From: an uncultured Candidatus Woesearchaeota archaeon
GTDB taxonomy: Archaea > Nanobdellota > Nanobdellia > Woesearchaeales > UBA525
Direction of reading: 5' to 3'
NCBI GenBank assembly: GCA_963724455.1
Contig: CAVRUV010000042.1
Coordinates: 2,468 to 66,467 of the forward strand
Length of the DNA: 64,000 bases
Shown here: in pieces, positions 29,067 to 37,457 of the stretch
Numbering within the stretch: position 1 is the first letter of the stretch
How the letters are laid out: each line of letters begins with the position of its first letter
Made by a program: the position numbers and the translations under genes
Notes under the pieces: generated by a model
Seen by the model: the letters and a program-made list of their open reading frames with translations, nothing else
Told to the model about the DNA's origin: nothing
The model's database searches: none

Positions 29067-29696
29067 TTAACTGCCTTTATTGCGTCCGCGCAGCTCTACT
29101 TTACGCAAACGTTCTATTACTGCATCTGCACCATGAAAGGTATCGCGATACCCTTTAAGGAAGTGTCGCCAAGCAAGCGGAGCTACAAGGTGATGCTTAC
29201 TCTCAAGCGATTGATGAAAAAGATGCAAATCCACTGCCTTATCTTCATCGCGTTGGGATATAAAACTCAATCCAAAATCAATAAAAGTCATATGCTTTGT
29301 AGTTTGATTAATAAGAATATTACTAGTAGTAAGATCGGCATGAATAATGTGCTGCTCGTGCAAGTGCGCAGTAATTCTTCCAACAGAATGCGCAAGCAAT
29401 GGCTCATTATCCAATTCCTGTTTTAATGCAACACCATCTATTTTCTCTAGAAGAAGAGTTTCATTATCAAGAAGCTTTACAAAAGGTACTGGAATGCCTA
29501 CAGCTGCTGCTTTTTCAAGTATCTTTGCTTCATGTTTTGTTCTTGAAGTGCGAAGGGTCGCGTCTAAGTCCGGATGACGATAGCCTTTTGATGGACGATA
29601 TTTCTTTATACCGCCTTCTGCGATAGTTATTACTGCTTCAGCACCCCTACCTATTTCAGTTCCAAGCTCCATTCCTTCAAATTCTTCCACAAGCAA
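29067..29696 (-). CDS. bud32: Kae1-associated Ser/Thr kinase Bud32
   Basis: GRGAEAV glycine loop, HADLTTSNILI catalytic loop and FIDFGLS. About 200 aa. The track start is a TTG; an alternative ATG lies at 29672. Confidence 0.8.
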   Translation of the reverse strand: MLVEEFEGMELGTEIGRGAEAVITIAEGGIKKYRPSKGYRHPDLDATLRTSRTKHEAKILEKAAAVGIPVPFVKLLDNETLLLEKIDGVALKQELDNEPLLAHSVGRITAHLHEQHIIHADLTTSNILINQTTKHMTFIDFGLSFISQRDEDKAVDLHLFHQSLESKHHLVAPLAWRHFLKGYRDTFHGADAVIERLRKVELRGRNKGS

Positions 29697-29841
29697 GTAT
29701 AGAGCAACATATTTTTAAATGCATTAGATATCTCGAATAATAACCCTGTGTCTTAAGCTGGTAGAGCCCGCCACGTGCGGTCTGTGACAACATAGCGAGT
29801 ACCACAGGGCCTTTTATTTACACAGCACGAGTTGAGAAAAA

Positions 29842-30054
29842 ATGGCAATGGTAAACGCAACCCCAAGAACCCCAAGTTTCATCGGCATCATTATTGGTGC
29901 AGCACTACTAATAACTGGTGTGTGGCTACTGATCTTTGATTGGAGCACAAAGTGGGAAATAATAAAACCACTTCTCATGACATTTGGTGGACTCTTCCTT
30001 GTGCTATTCGGGTTTGGAATCCTCACCGCGAGTGCATTTGCAAGAAGATACTAG
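29842..30054 (+). CDS. small 2-TM membrane protein
   Basis: 70 aa with two clear hydrophobic helices. Preferred over the antisense ORF 29814..30026. Confidence 0.45.
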   Translation: MAMVNATPRTPSFIGIIIGAALLITGVWLLIFDWSTKWEIIKPLLMTFGGLFLVLFGFGILTASAFARRY

Positions 30055-30136
30055 ATTCTACATTGATTCTGATTAAAAGCGAGAAGAATTCCTTATTTTT
30101 TATATTTCTATAACCTTATGGTTCTATAATTTTGTA

Positions 30137-30487
30137 TTATCTTTTTCTGATTCTAGTCACATGACTGCAAGATAAACATGTATAGACAATGGACGCGGGT
30201 CTTGTTCTTACCCGCAAGGTCTTGCTTGTAAAATATTCATTACACTTGCGACAATGCAAGCGATTGTATGCTCGCAAACTTATTCTACTCTTTGAAGCGA
30301 GTTTTCTTGCAAGAGTAACGTATCGTTTTGCTAGAGCAGGTTCTTTTGATACGTTCTTTTTTGCAAGATCGAATAGTCTAATAATATCTGCTCTAGCCGT
30401 TCCTTGCTCCATTCTTTTGAATTTGCTTGACATTACGTTCTCCTCAACTACTGAATTCATTATTGTCGCGGAGTTTCTACTGAACAC
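30137..30487 (-). CDS. rnp4: RNase P protein component 4 (Rpp21/RNP4, Rpr2 family)
   Basis: Helical N-terminal part (LAKRYVTLARKLASKSRI) and a Zn-ribbon CRKC...x...CLSC. The track start is a GTG, and internal ATGs at 30460 or 30433 are possible. Confidence 0.7.
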   Translation of the reverse strand: MFSRNSATIMNSVVEENVMSSKFKRMEQGTARADIIRLFDLAKKNVSKEPALAKRYVTLARKLASKSRISLRAYNRLHCRKCNEYFTSKTLRVRTRPASIVYTCLSCSHVTRIRKR

Positions 30488-30652
30488 CGTCAGGATTTAC
30501 GAAAACCATCCTGCACCAATCGGATGGTTTTCTGGTTCACTCCAAGGCGACAACCCTACTAAACAAAATAACTACTGTTTTTCCTACTAGAAACATAAAT
30601 CCTTATAAATACTTGTCATGACTAATAGACATTACCTATTCCTGAGGCATAT

Positions 30653-32170
30653 ATGCGCATCCTTGACCTGTTCAAAAGTTTCAAGCCAAAAACCCAAAAG
30701 TTAGAACTTGATCCTGCGACAGCGCAAGAGTGGCCAGAGCAAATAATAGCGCATCTTGGTATTGATAAGGAATTCTCAAATTTCCAAGAAAATGTAGCGG
30801 ATATCAAACAACATGTAGAACAAAGTCTTACAAAATTCACCGACGATAATACACTCGCAGCTGTTCCTGAGCGCGCAAGAACAATGTCTGCTTTGCACGG
30901 CCAAGAATTCACTGCCCAAACAAGAAAACTTCTTGCAACAGCATCATTTGAAAATCCTTTTAATTTCGAACAAGGCCAAGATACATTTTTAGAAGCAAAT
31001 AATAACTACAAAACTCTTGTAACAAAAAATACTTCTGCACTAAAAGAGTTCTTTTCTGATGAGCTTAAAATTACACAAACTGGCCTTCAAGAGCTCGAAG
31101 ATGCAATCATTAAATTCACAACAGCTCTTGAACAACTGAAATTTCCGCAAGTGCGAAAAGCAAAGGATATGCAAATGCGCATTAAACAGCTTCAAGAAAA
31201 AAGCGACCGTTACCGGCAACTTCTAGAGAGCTTGAATCAAGACTTGAAGCGCACAAAAGAAAAACGCACAAAGATTGGAGCAGATATGCAAGTACAGCAA
31301 GCACTCATTCGTAATACAGATGCACTTGCAGCATTGCAAAAATCAGAAAAAATAGAGCAGGACCTGCACACCATTGTTGCAAAGTACGTTAGTGTATGCG
31401 ACGACATACGTAATGTTGTAAAAAATAACTCACGAATAAAGATTCAGCCGAGTATCAAGCAAGTATATGATGAGCTACCTAAAGATCCATTCCAATTCCT
31501 AGCTACAGAGCATGAAAAGGTAAAAGACGCTTTTGAAGACGCAATTTGCATGCTGGAAGAAGAAAAACCAGGCAACGTAAAGAACCTAATAACAAGACTA
31601 TCTGCACTATCTCGCGATGCGCAAGCACAAGGAAGAAAAATCGCAACAATGCTTCCGGATCAGCGCGCGCTCAAACGTGACATTGTAAAAGATATTGCTG
31701 CACTGCAAGTTTATGACAAGCAGCAATTCTTCATGCGCGCGCAGACTGAAGAAGAGATTATCCAGAACAAAATCGAGTTCTTAAACAATGAGCTGGACCC
31801 AAATAAGCTTGCAGCAATGCAACAAGAGCTTAATGCACTTGTACGAGAACTTGGCGCTAGAATAAAAGGAGATATTGCAAATGCTACTAGCGGCAATTAT
31901 GCTGAGAACAACAAAAACGCATCTTCAAAAGAAGAAAGTGAAAAGAAAGAAACGAAAAATGGAAAACTGAAAAAAGAAGAATCGAAAATAGAGATTGTTG
32001 ATATTCCTGAACGGACTGCTAAAACAACATCTGAGGATAAAAAGAAAACAGAAAAAACTGAGAAGATAGAAAAAACAGAAAGAGAGAATAACACAAAAGA
32101 GAATAAAGAAGAGAATAAAGAAAATACTTCCAAAAACGATAAAACACATAAGAAAAAGAAAGAAGAATAA
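30653..32170 (+). CDS. coiled-coil protein with a Lys/Glu-rich C-terminal tail
   Basis: 505 aa with heptad-like helical sequence throughout. The last 90 aa or so are K/E/N low complexity. Confidence 0.55.
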   Translation: MRILDLFKSFKPKTQKLELDPATAQEWPEQIIAHLGIDKEFSNFQENVADIKQHVEQSLTKFTDDNTLAAVPERARTMSALHGQEFTAQTRKLLATASFENPFNFEQGQDTFLEANNNYKTLVTKNTSALKEFFSDELKITQTGLQELEDAIIKFTTALEQLKFPQVRKAKDMQMRIKQLQEKSDRYRQLLESLNQDLKRTKEKRTKIGADMQVQQALIRNTDALAALQKSEKIEQDLHTIVAKYVSVCDDIRNVVKNNSRIKIQPSIKQVYDELPKDPFQFLATEHEKVKDAFEDAICMLEEEKPGNVKNLITRLSALSRDAQAQGRKIATMLPDQRALKRDIVKDIAALQVYDKQQFFMRAQTEEEIIQNKIEFLNNELDPNKLAAMQQELNALVRELGARIKGDIANATSGNYAENNKNASSKEESEKKETKNGKLKKEESKIEIVDIPERTAKTTSEDKKKTEKTEKIEKTERENNTKENKEENKENTSKNDKTHKKKKEE

Positions 32171-32283
32171 TTGAGTAAAAGAAAGAAGAATAATTGAGTA
32201 ATTGCACGAATTCTAATAACAGCTCATCAAAAAATATACAGATATACAAAAGACATAATAAGAGACGATATAACCACCTTGTT

Positions 32284-32790
32284 ATGAAAGCGCGAAAAGA
32301 GAAAAGGGTGAGGACTGAACGCCTTATTCCACGGCCCAAAACACTAAACGACTATGTTGCGCTATTTACTAAAGAAAAAATTCCTCATGTTAAAATCGGC
32401 AGGCGCTGTTTTTACGACCCGCACAACCTGCTGCAATATGCTAGAGAGCATAAGATGGATCCATACAGCATAGGACTTTTCTTGGGAGAAGAACGCGATG
32501 CATTCCAGCCGACAAGCGCACTCATCAATCTCATTGCAGAAAGAACCGATAAAAAAGTAAAAGTAAACGATAAAGCTGCATGGCTGTACTTATGTAACAG
32601 AGATGTTCTTATGACTAGCGTTCTTGACCCTAATGAACAAGAGCCTAACACCAACGTCATAGTTATGGATACAAAAGATCAAGTGATTGGTGCAGGCCTT
32701 ATTGTCACAGATTTTGATTCAAAGATGAAAAATAAGGTATTTATCAAGCATCGTATAGATAAAGGAGAATATCTACGACGAGAAAAGTAA
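32284..32790 (+). CDS. PUA-domain RNA-binding protein, Nip7-like
   Basis: C-terminal ...VIVMDTKDQVIGAGL...FIKHRIDKGEYLRRE resembles archaeal Nip7/UPF0113 PUA ends. The track start at 32194 is a TTG in low complexity, so the ATG at 32284 is preferred. Confidence 0.5.
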   Translation: MKARKEKRVRTERLIPRPKTLNDYVALFTKEKIPHVKIGRRCFYDPHNLLQYAREHKMDPYSIGLFLGEERDAFQPTSALINLIAERTDKKVKVNDKAAWLYLCNRDVLMTSVLDPNEQEPNTNVIVMDTKDQVIGAGLIVTDFDSKMKNKVFIKHRIDKGEYLRREK

Positions 32791-32860
32791 ATTAACTTTT
32801 AATTCATTTATAAAAAGTAAAAAAGAGAACCTCTAAAAAGAAGCGCAGAGTTCTAAATAT

Positions 32861-33343
32861 ATGGCAACCACCAGTTCATCCATTGTATTAACAGGAAACC
32901 CTACTATTGATGACAAATTTCGTATTCTACAGCTAACCACGGGAACGTGGGATGTAAATGCGAGAAAACATAAAAGTTTCTTAGACATACGCCCCACACA
33001 ACTTGGAGCACTTTATGAACTGGATTACACAGGAGAAATCGCAAGCCACAAAGGACCCCATTTAGGAGCATACATAGGAGCTCAAGACGCAAGAAAACAA
33101 GGCATGATGCGTGAAAGAAAAACCTATACTTTCCTAGAAGATGATAATGGTATCATCTTAGCTCATACTGCATTTTCTGAGAACATGCTTCCATTTTATC
33201 GTACTGGAGAACACGCATATAACCCTACTGACATAACAAAAATAACAATACAAACAACATGCCGAAAAATTCTTCCAGGAGATCAAGAAATGAAAACGGC
33301 AAAAAAACTTCTTGAATTATACGCCAGAATAAGAGCAGGATGA
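32861..33343 (+). CDS. hypothetical protein, GNPTIDDKF family paralog 1
   Basis: 160 aa. Shares the N-terminal TGNPTIDDKF.I motif and I.PTQL..Y with the next ORF. Confidence 0.55.
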   Translation: MATTSSSIVLTGNPTIDDKFRILQLTTGTWDVNARKHKSFLDIRPTQLGALYELDYTGEIASHKGPHLGAYIGAQDARKQGMMRERKTYTFLEDDNGIILAHTAFSENMLPFYRTGEHAYNPTDITKITIQTTCRKILPGDQEMKTAKKLLELYARIRAG

Positions 33344-33381
33344 TATCCAAAAGATAACATTGAAAACTAGATGATATTCAC

Positions 33382-33816
33382 ATGGCAATTCTCAAAACTG
33401 GAAACCCTACTATTGATGACAAGTTTTGCATAGACACAATAGAATTAGGAGGAGTCTACATAGGTTCCATACTGCGAATAACTCCGACACAATTATACGG
33501 AGTCTACAAAGTAGCAGGACAACAGGCTGTATATGTAGGATTGCTGCGCAGAAATAAAGAAGGAGCACAGCATGTATTTTTAGCAAGAGGATATCCGAAA
33601 GAAGGTAAGATGACTTCCATATGGGCGTATCGAGTGCCGAGTTCAGACATTAAAGGAATCGATAAAGATAAAGAAGTAACTTCAGATATAAAAAAAATAG
33701 TTGATGTAGAGCTGCCAATCAGCAGCGCAAGAGGCCTATACGATGATAAAAGACCAATAATGCCTAGAGAAGCAGCGTTTGCAAAAGCGTTGCTAGAAAA
33801 ATACCTTCCAGAATAA
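33382..33816 (+). CDS. hypothetical protein, GNPTIDDKF family paralog 2
   Basis: 144 aa; see the previous entry. Confidence 0.55.
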   Translation: MAILKTGNPTIDDKFCIDTIELGGVYIGSILRITPTQLYGVYKVAGQQAVYVGLLRRNKEGAQHVFLARGYPKEGKMTSIWAYRVPSSDIKGIDKDKEVTSDIKKIVDVELPISSARGLYDDKRPIMPREAAFAKALLEKYLPE

Positions 33817-33865
33817 TTCACTTCTTGACTACAATTTTAATAATTATGCCCAAATTATACTCTTT

Positions 33866-33982
33866 GTCGCCACTAGCTTGAAGGCGATACTATGAACGTG
33901 AAAAGAGAAAAAACGTTATAGCGAACGCAGTGCTGATGGTATCGCAGGGGCGCGAATTAGATGAGCGACCGCTAGTGGCGAC
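33866..33982 (+). repeat. 117-nt structured intergenic element E (12-bp perfect terminal helix)
   Basis: gtcgccactagc (33866-33877) pairs with gctagtggcgac (33971-33982). It is followed by TTGAAG, then gcgatac (33884-33890) pairs with gtatcgc (33939-33945). GC-rich island 50 nt after the stop of 33382..33816. Confidence 0.6.
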
Positions 33983-34129
33983 AACGTTCGTAAAAAACTG
34001 AAATTGAACACAAATTAAATTAACACAAAAGAATAAATAAAATTAAAGAAAATAAATAAAATTAAAGAAATGATTAAAAGAATTACAAATTCACAATACT
34101 CTTAAAAGGACACAATAAAACATTCATTC

Positions 34130-34861
34130 ATGCTTGCACTCATTTTGCTCATGTTCATTGCAGGAATACTGACATTTCTTGCTCCTTGCACCTTGCCAGT
34201 GCTTCCAGCATATCTTGCGTTTAACGCACAGCAAACAAAAGCTGGACGAGTGACTAGAACAATAGCATTCGGCCTCGGACTATCATTAGTGCTTGTAGTA
34301 CTAGGAGTCTTAGCAGGAAGTCTCGGGCTATTTCTTGCAGATTACAAAAGGCATATCACAATATTCTCTGGAATTTTACTAATATCATTAGGCGTAATGA
34401 TATTATTAGGAATAGAAATCCCAGGATTCGCCATCAAAACAACTCCTAAACGTACGTTCATCGGAACATTCCTGTTCGGAGTCATATTCGGTATTTCTTG
34501 GAGTGGATGCATTGGACCGATTGTAGGTCTTGCATTAATCATAGCAGCAAATACTCAAACTGCAATAGGAGGAGGAGTATTGCTCTTTGTATATGCTCTT
34601 GGCCTGCTCACTCCATTAATTATTGTATCATACATAATAGACCGCTCTGGAACTAAAAGCAGGATCTACAAACTCATAAAAGGAAAAACATTGAGCATAG
34701 GATCATGGAATATACAAAGCACAATGTTAATTGCTGCAGTAATGCTAATCATTCTAGGCTCTATTTTCTTATTTGGATTCGATTATTGGCTTGCTAAAAG
34801 CCCACTCATCGATAACGTCTTTGATTTAGAAGAAAAGCTCAATTTATTCTTTGGAATATGA
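34130..34861 (+). CDS. ccdA: cytochrome c biogenesis/thiol-disulfide transporter CcdA (DsbD-family)
   Basis: Six-TM protein with the FLAPCTLPVLPAYL motif and a second Cys in WSGCIGP. Confidence 0.8.
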   Translation: MLALILLMFIAGILTFLAPCTLPVLPAYLAFNAQQTKAGRVTRTIAFGLGLSLVLVVLGVLAGSLGLFLADYKRHITIFSGILLISLGVMILLGIEIPGFAIKTTPKRTFIGTFLFGVIFGISWSGCIGPIVGLALIIAANTQTAIGGGVLLFVYALGLLTPLIIVSYIIDRSGTKSRIYKLIKGKTLSIGSWNIQSTMLIAAVMLIILGSIFLFGFDYWLAKSPLIDNVFDLEEKLNLFFGI

Positions 34862-35024
34862 TATCAATAATCATAATTAATAAACATAAAAAGGACCAGA
34901 AAAAAAGGATTGATTATGCATAAGATTAATAAATGATGAATTTATCATATGTTTATTCCGATAGCAGTTTGATAGTATTTAGCCATACGCAAATACTCAA
35001 TTTAACTATGCTCAAAGGTGAATC

Positions 35025-35555
35025 ATGACAAGACGAAAGAGACACAATCAACATCAACAGACTCAACAAACAACAAATAATTCTCAGCAAACCCGCAATA
35101 ATGCACCATCAACTCCTTGGTACTCCAGTAACGGGTTCAAGATAGGAATGGGGATATTCGGCATTCTAATTCTTTTCGGAATCATAGTATCATTAAACAA
35201 TTTCGTGACTCCGAACACACAACAATCACCTAACCAACAACCAATTGCCAATAATCCTCCTGTAAATCCAGTAAATAATATTCCTATTGGAGATACTCAA
35301 GTTATCAAAATGGCAGTAACTGGAAGCGGTTATGAACCAAGCACACTTACAGTACAAGTAGGAAAACCTGTAACTTGGCAAATCGATGGTACGAATGCAG
35401 GCGGTTGTACAAAATATATCATAGCGCAAGAATTCGGCATCAGCAAACGACTTGATCCTGGAATAAATACATTCCAATTTACGCCAACAAAGACTGGAAC
35501 ATTTCCATTTCAATGCAGCATGAATATGGTTCGCGGCAAAATGATTGTTGTGTAG
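35025..35555 (+). CDS. membrane-anchored cupredoxin-like protein
   Basis: Gln/Asn-rich N-terminus and a TM segment. C-terminal domain: VIKMAVTGSGYEPSTLTVQVGKPVTWQI...GGCTKYII...FTPTKTGTFPFQCSMNMVRGKMIVV (cupredoxin-type Cys/Met ligand pattern). Confidence 0.65.
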   Translation: MTRRKRHNQHQQTQQTTNNSQQTRNNAPSTPWYSSNGFKIGMGIFGILILFGIIVSLNNFVTPNTQQSPNQQPIANNPPVNPVNNIPIGDTQVIKMAVTGSGYEPSTLTVQVGKPVTWQIDGTNAGGCTKYIIAQEFGISKRLDPGINTFQFTPTKTGTFPFQCSMNMVRGKMIVV

Positions 35556-35684
35556 ATCGTATAGATAATTACGTAAATACAGCATAATTTCTTTATTTTA
35601 TATTTTATTAATTCAATTAATTGCCAATTAAAATTTAACTAATTTAGGCAAAGATATATAAATAACATATGATACACACATCAT

Positions 35685-36143
35685 ATGATGGGGAAAATGA
35701 CCATGTCAACTCAAATATTAAATTACAAAACAGTCCAAAAATCAGATGCAAAAAAGACCATACGATCCTACGAAGCATATAGTATATTTTTTGAGACATT
35801 AGCAAACCAGAATCGTCTGCGAATAATCAATAGTCTTCGCCATGGAAAAAAGAATGTTACCGAGATTCTTGAAGAGACCAGTCTAGAGCAGACTTGTGTT
35901 TCGCATTGCCTTAAGAGATTAGAGCGCTGCGGATTTGTGAGCGTAGAACGTAATGGAAAGTATAGAATTTACTCACTAAACAAAAGCACTATAGAACCAC
36001 TCATGCAATTAATTGATGCGCACACAAGCAATTACTGCATTCATCTAATTGATGGCACATGCGCGCACTCAAGGACTGCCCCCGCAAAAACTACGTCTAC
36101 AAAAACTACTCTTGCAAAAATATCTTCAAAGGTGAAAAAATGA
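35685..36143 (+). CDS. ArsR/SmtB family metalloregulator
   Basis: Winged HTH: LANQNRLRIINSLRHGKKNVTEILEETSLEQTCVSHCLKRLERCGFV. The stop overlaps the copZ ATG (ATGA). Confidence 0.8.
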   Translation: MMGKMTMSTQILNYKTVQKSDAKKTIRSYEAYSIFFETLANQNRLRIINSLRHGKKNVTEILEETSLEQTCVSHCLKRLERCGFVSVERNGKYRIYSLNKSTIEPLMQLIDAHTSNYCIHLIDGTCAHSRTAPAKTTSTKTTLAKISSKVKK

Positions 36144-36343
36144 AAACTACAATCACAATCAATGGCATGCATTGCAATTCTTGCGAAATACTACTAAAAG
36201 ACGTACTTGAAGAGACAGATGGTGTAACAAGTGCAAACGTAAGCAAAACAAACAATAACGCAGTAGTTGAATTTGATGAGTCTAAAGTGACAAGAGAACA
36301 ACTCTGCAAATTAATAGAAGCAGAAAAATACACAACAGCGTAG
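36140..36343 (+). CDS. copZ: heavy-metal-associated (HMA) copper chaperone
   Basis: MKTTITINGMHCNSCE, a GMxCxxC ferredoxin-like HMA domain, 67 aa. Confidence 0.8.
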   Translation: MKTTITINGMHCNSCEILLKDVLEETDGVTSANVSKTNNNAVVEFDESKVTREQLCKLIEAEKYTTA

Positions 36344-36351
36344 GTGAATAC

Positions 36352-37326
36352 ATGACTTTTGAAGAAATCCAAATCAATGGTATGCATTGCGATGCATGCG
36401 AAAAAACAATCATTAGATCCTTTACAAAAATAGGAGTAAACGTTGAAGAAATATCATATCACAACGGAACTGCTAAAATCTCTTATGATAATGACAATAA
36501 TATCAGCATGGATACAATAAATGATGCACTAAAGAGCAAAGGATACTCTCTTGATACTTCATCGAAGAATAAAACAACAATAAACAGCAAAACAACAATA
36601 AACAGCAAAACAGCAATAAACAACAAAACAAATAATAAAATCCAAAATAAAAAAAATCAGAATTCACAACAACAAAAAGAAAACGTTGAGACAACTATTC
36701 TCGTCAACGGTTTTATCACATTAATCTTATTATTGATTATTCAAGCACTCTTGATTTTCGGAATATACTCAAAATTCGCAGAATACAAACCGCAGTACTT
36801 CTTGCCGTTAATAATGATCCCAATAGTTGTAGTTACAAACATGATTGCACTCTGGCACCAGCGAGCATACGTTAAGTCAGTTAGCTGCATGACTGGCATG
36901 ATGGTTGGAATGACAATCGGCATGATGACTGGATTTGGAATAGGAGCAATCTTAGGCTTAATCAACGGCATGTTCTATGGAAGCATCATTGGAACATTCG
37001 TCGGAATCGCAGCAGGTGTATATGCGGGCAAATGCTGCGGCATCATGGGCATGATGGAAGGAATGATGGCAGGAGTCATGAGCGGAACAATGGGTGCAAT
37101 GCTCACGGTCATGATGATTCTGGATCACGCAGCAATATTCCTAATAATCCTTGTTGCATTGTGCACAATATTACTTGGCGGAATGATGAGAATGACTTAT
37201 GAAGAGCAAAAAGACAATGATGTTCCTGCAAAACCTTGGCCAACTAGCGCAGTACTTGCAGCAAGCTTCATCGTAACACTATTGATTAGCGTAATAGCAT
37301 TACTATTGCCGAAAGGATTGTACTAG
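36352..37326 (+). CDS. HMA domain fused to a Met/Gly-rich polytopic membrane domain
   Basis: N-terminal EIQINGMHCDACE, a KTTINS tandem-repeat linker, then TM helices packed with Met (MTGMMVGMTIGMMTGFG...CCGIMGMMEGMMAGVMSGTMGAMLTVMMIL). Confidence 0.7.
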   Translation: MTFEEIQINGMHCDACEKTIIRSFTKIGVNVEEISYHNGTAKISYDNDNNISMDTINDALKSKGYSLDTSSKNKTTINSKTTINSKTAINNKTNNKIQNKKNQNSQQQKENVETTILVNGFITLILLLIIQALLIFGIYSKFAEYKPQYFLPLIMIPIVVVTNMIALWHQRAYVKSVSCMTGMMVGMTIGMMTGFGIGAILGLINGMFYGSIIGTFVGIAAGVYAGKCCGIMGMMEGMMAGVMSGTMGAMLTVMMILDHAAIFLIILVALCTILLGGMMRMTYEEQKDNDVPAKPWPTSAVLAASFIVTLLISVIALLLPKGLY

Positions 37327-37457
37327 ACTCCGCAAAGTCCAGACCCTAAAAAGAGTAGTAGGATTTACTAGTTATAATAAAAATATAATTTAAATAAATA
37401 GTTCGCAATATAAAAAAATAAACTTCGTATAACAAATACTGCAAACAAAGGATACAT

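Noticed and set aside
29744-29810. This element considered as a canonical tRNA gene.
   Set aside because: Only 66 nt lie between the acceptor ends. The D-stem 5' strand does not pair, and there is no T-arm (no GTTCRANNC-like loop) and no 7-nt anticodon loop. It is kept only as an unclassified structured element.
30501-30532. A perfect 11-bp inverted repeat (gaaaaccatcc ... ggatggttttc) upstream of the RNase P protein gene.
   Set aside because: It is a single isolated hairpin with no flanking conserved context or T-tract. That is insufficient to call an sRNA or terminator, so it is only noted.
31897-32339. Minus-strand ORFs (31897..32133, 31925..32149, 32019..32339) rich in Phe, Ser and Leu.
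   Set aside because: They are antisense translations of the Lys/Glu-rich (AAR/GAR) tail of 30653..32170 and the following A-rich spacer.
33930-33946. CUGAUGG in element E considered as a hammerhead box.
   Set aside because: The partner strand of the adjacent helix is followed by UAUGAA rather than directly by GAAA, so the core does not assemble even in a permuted topology.
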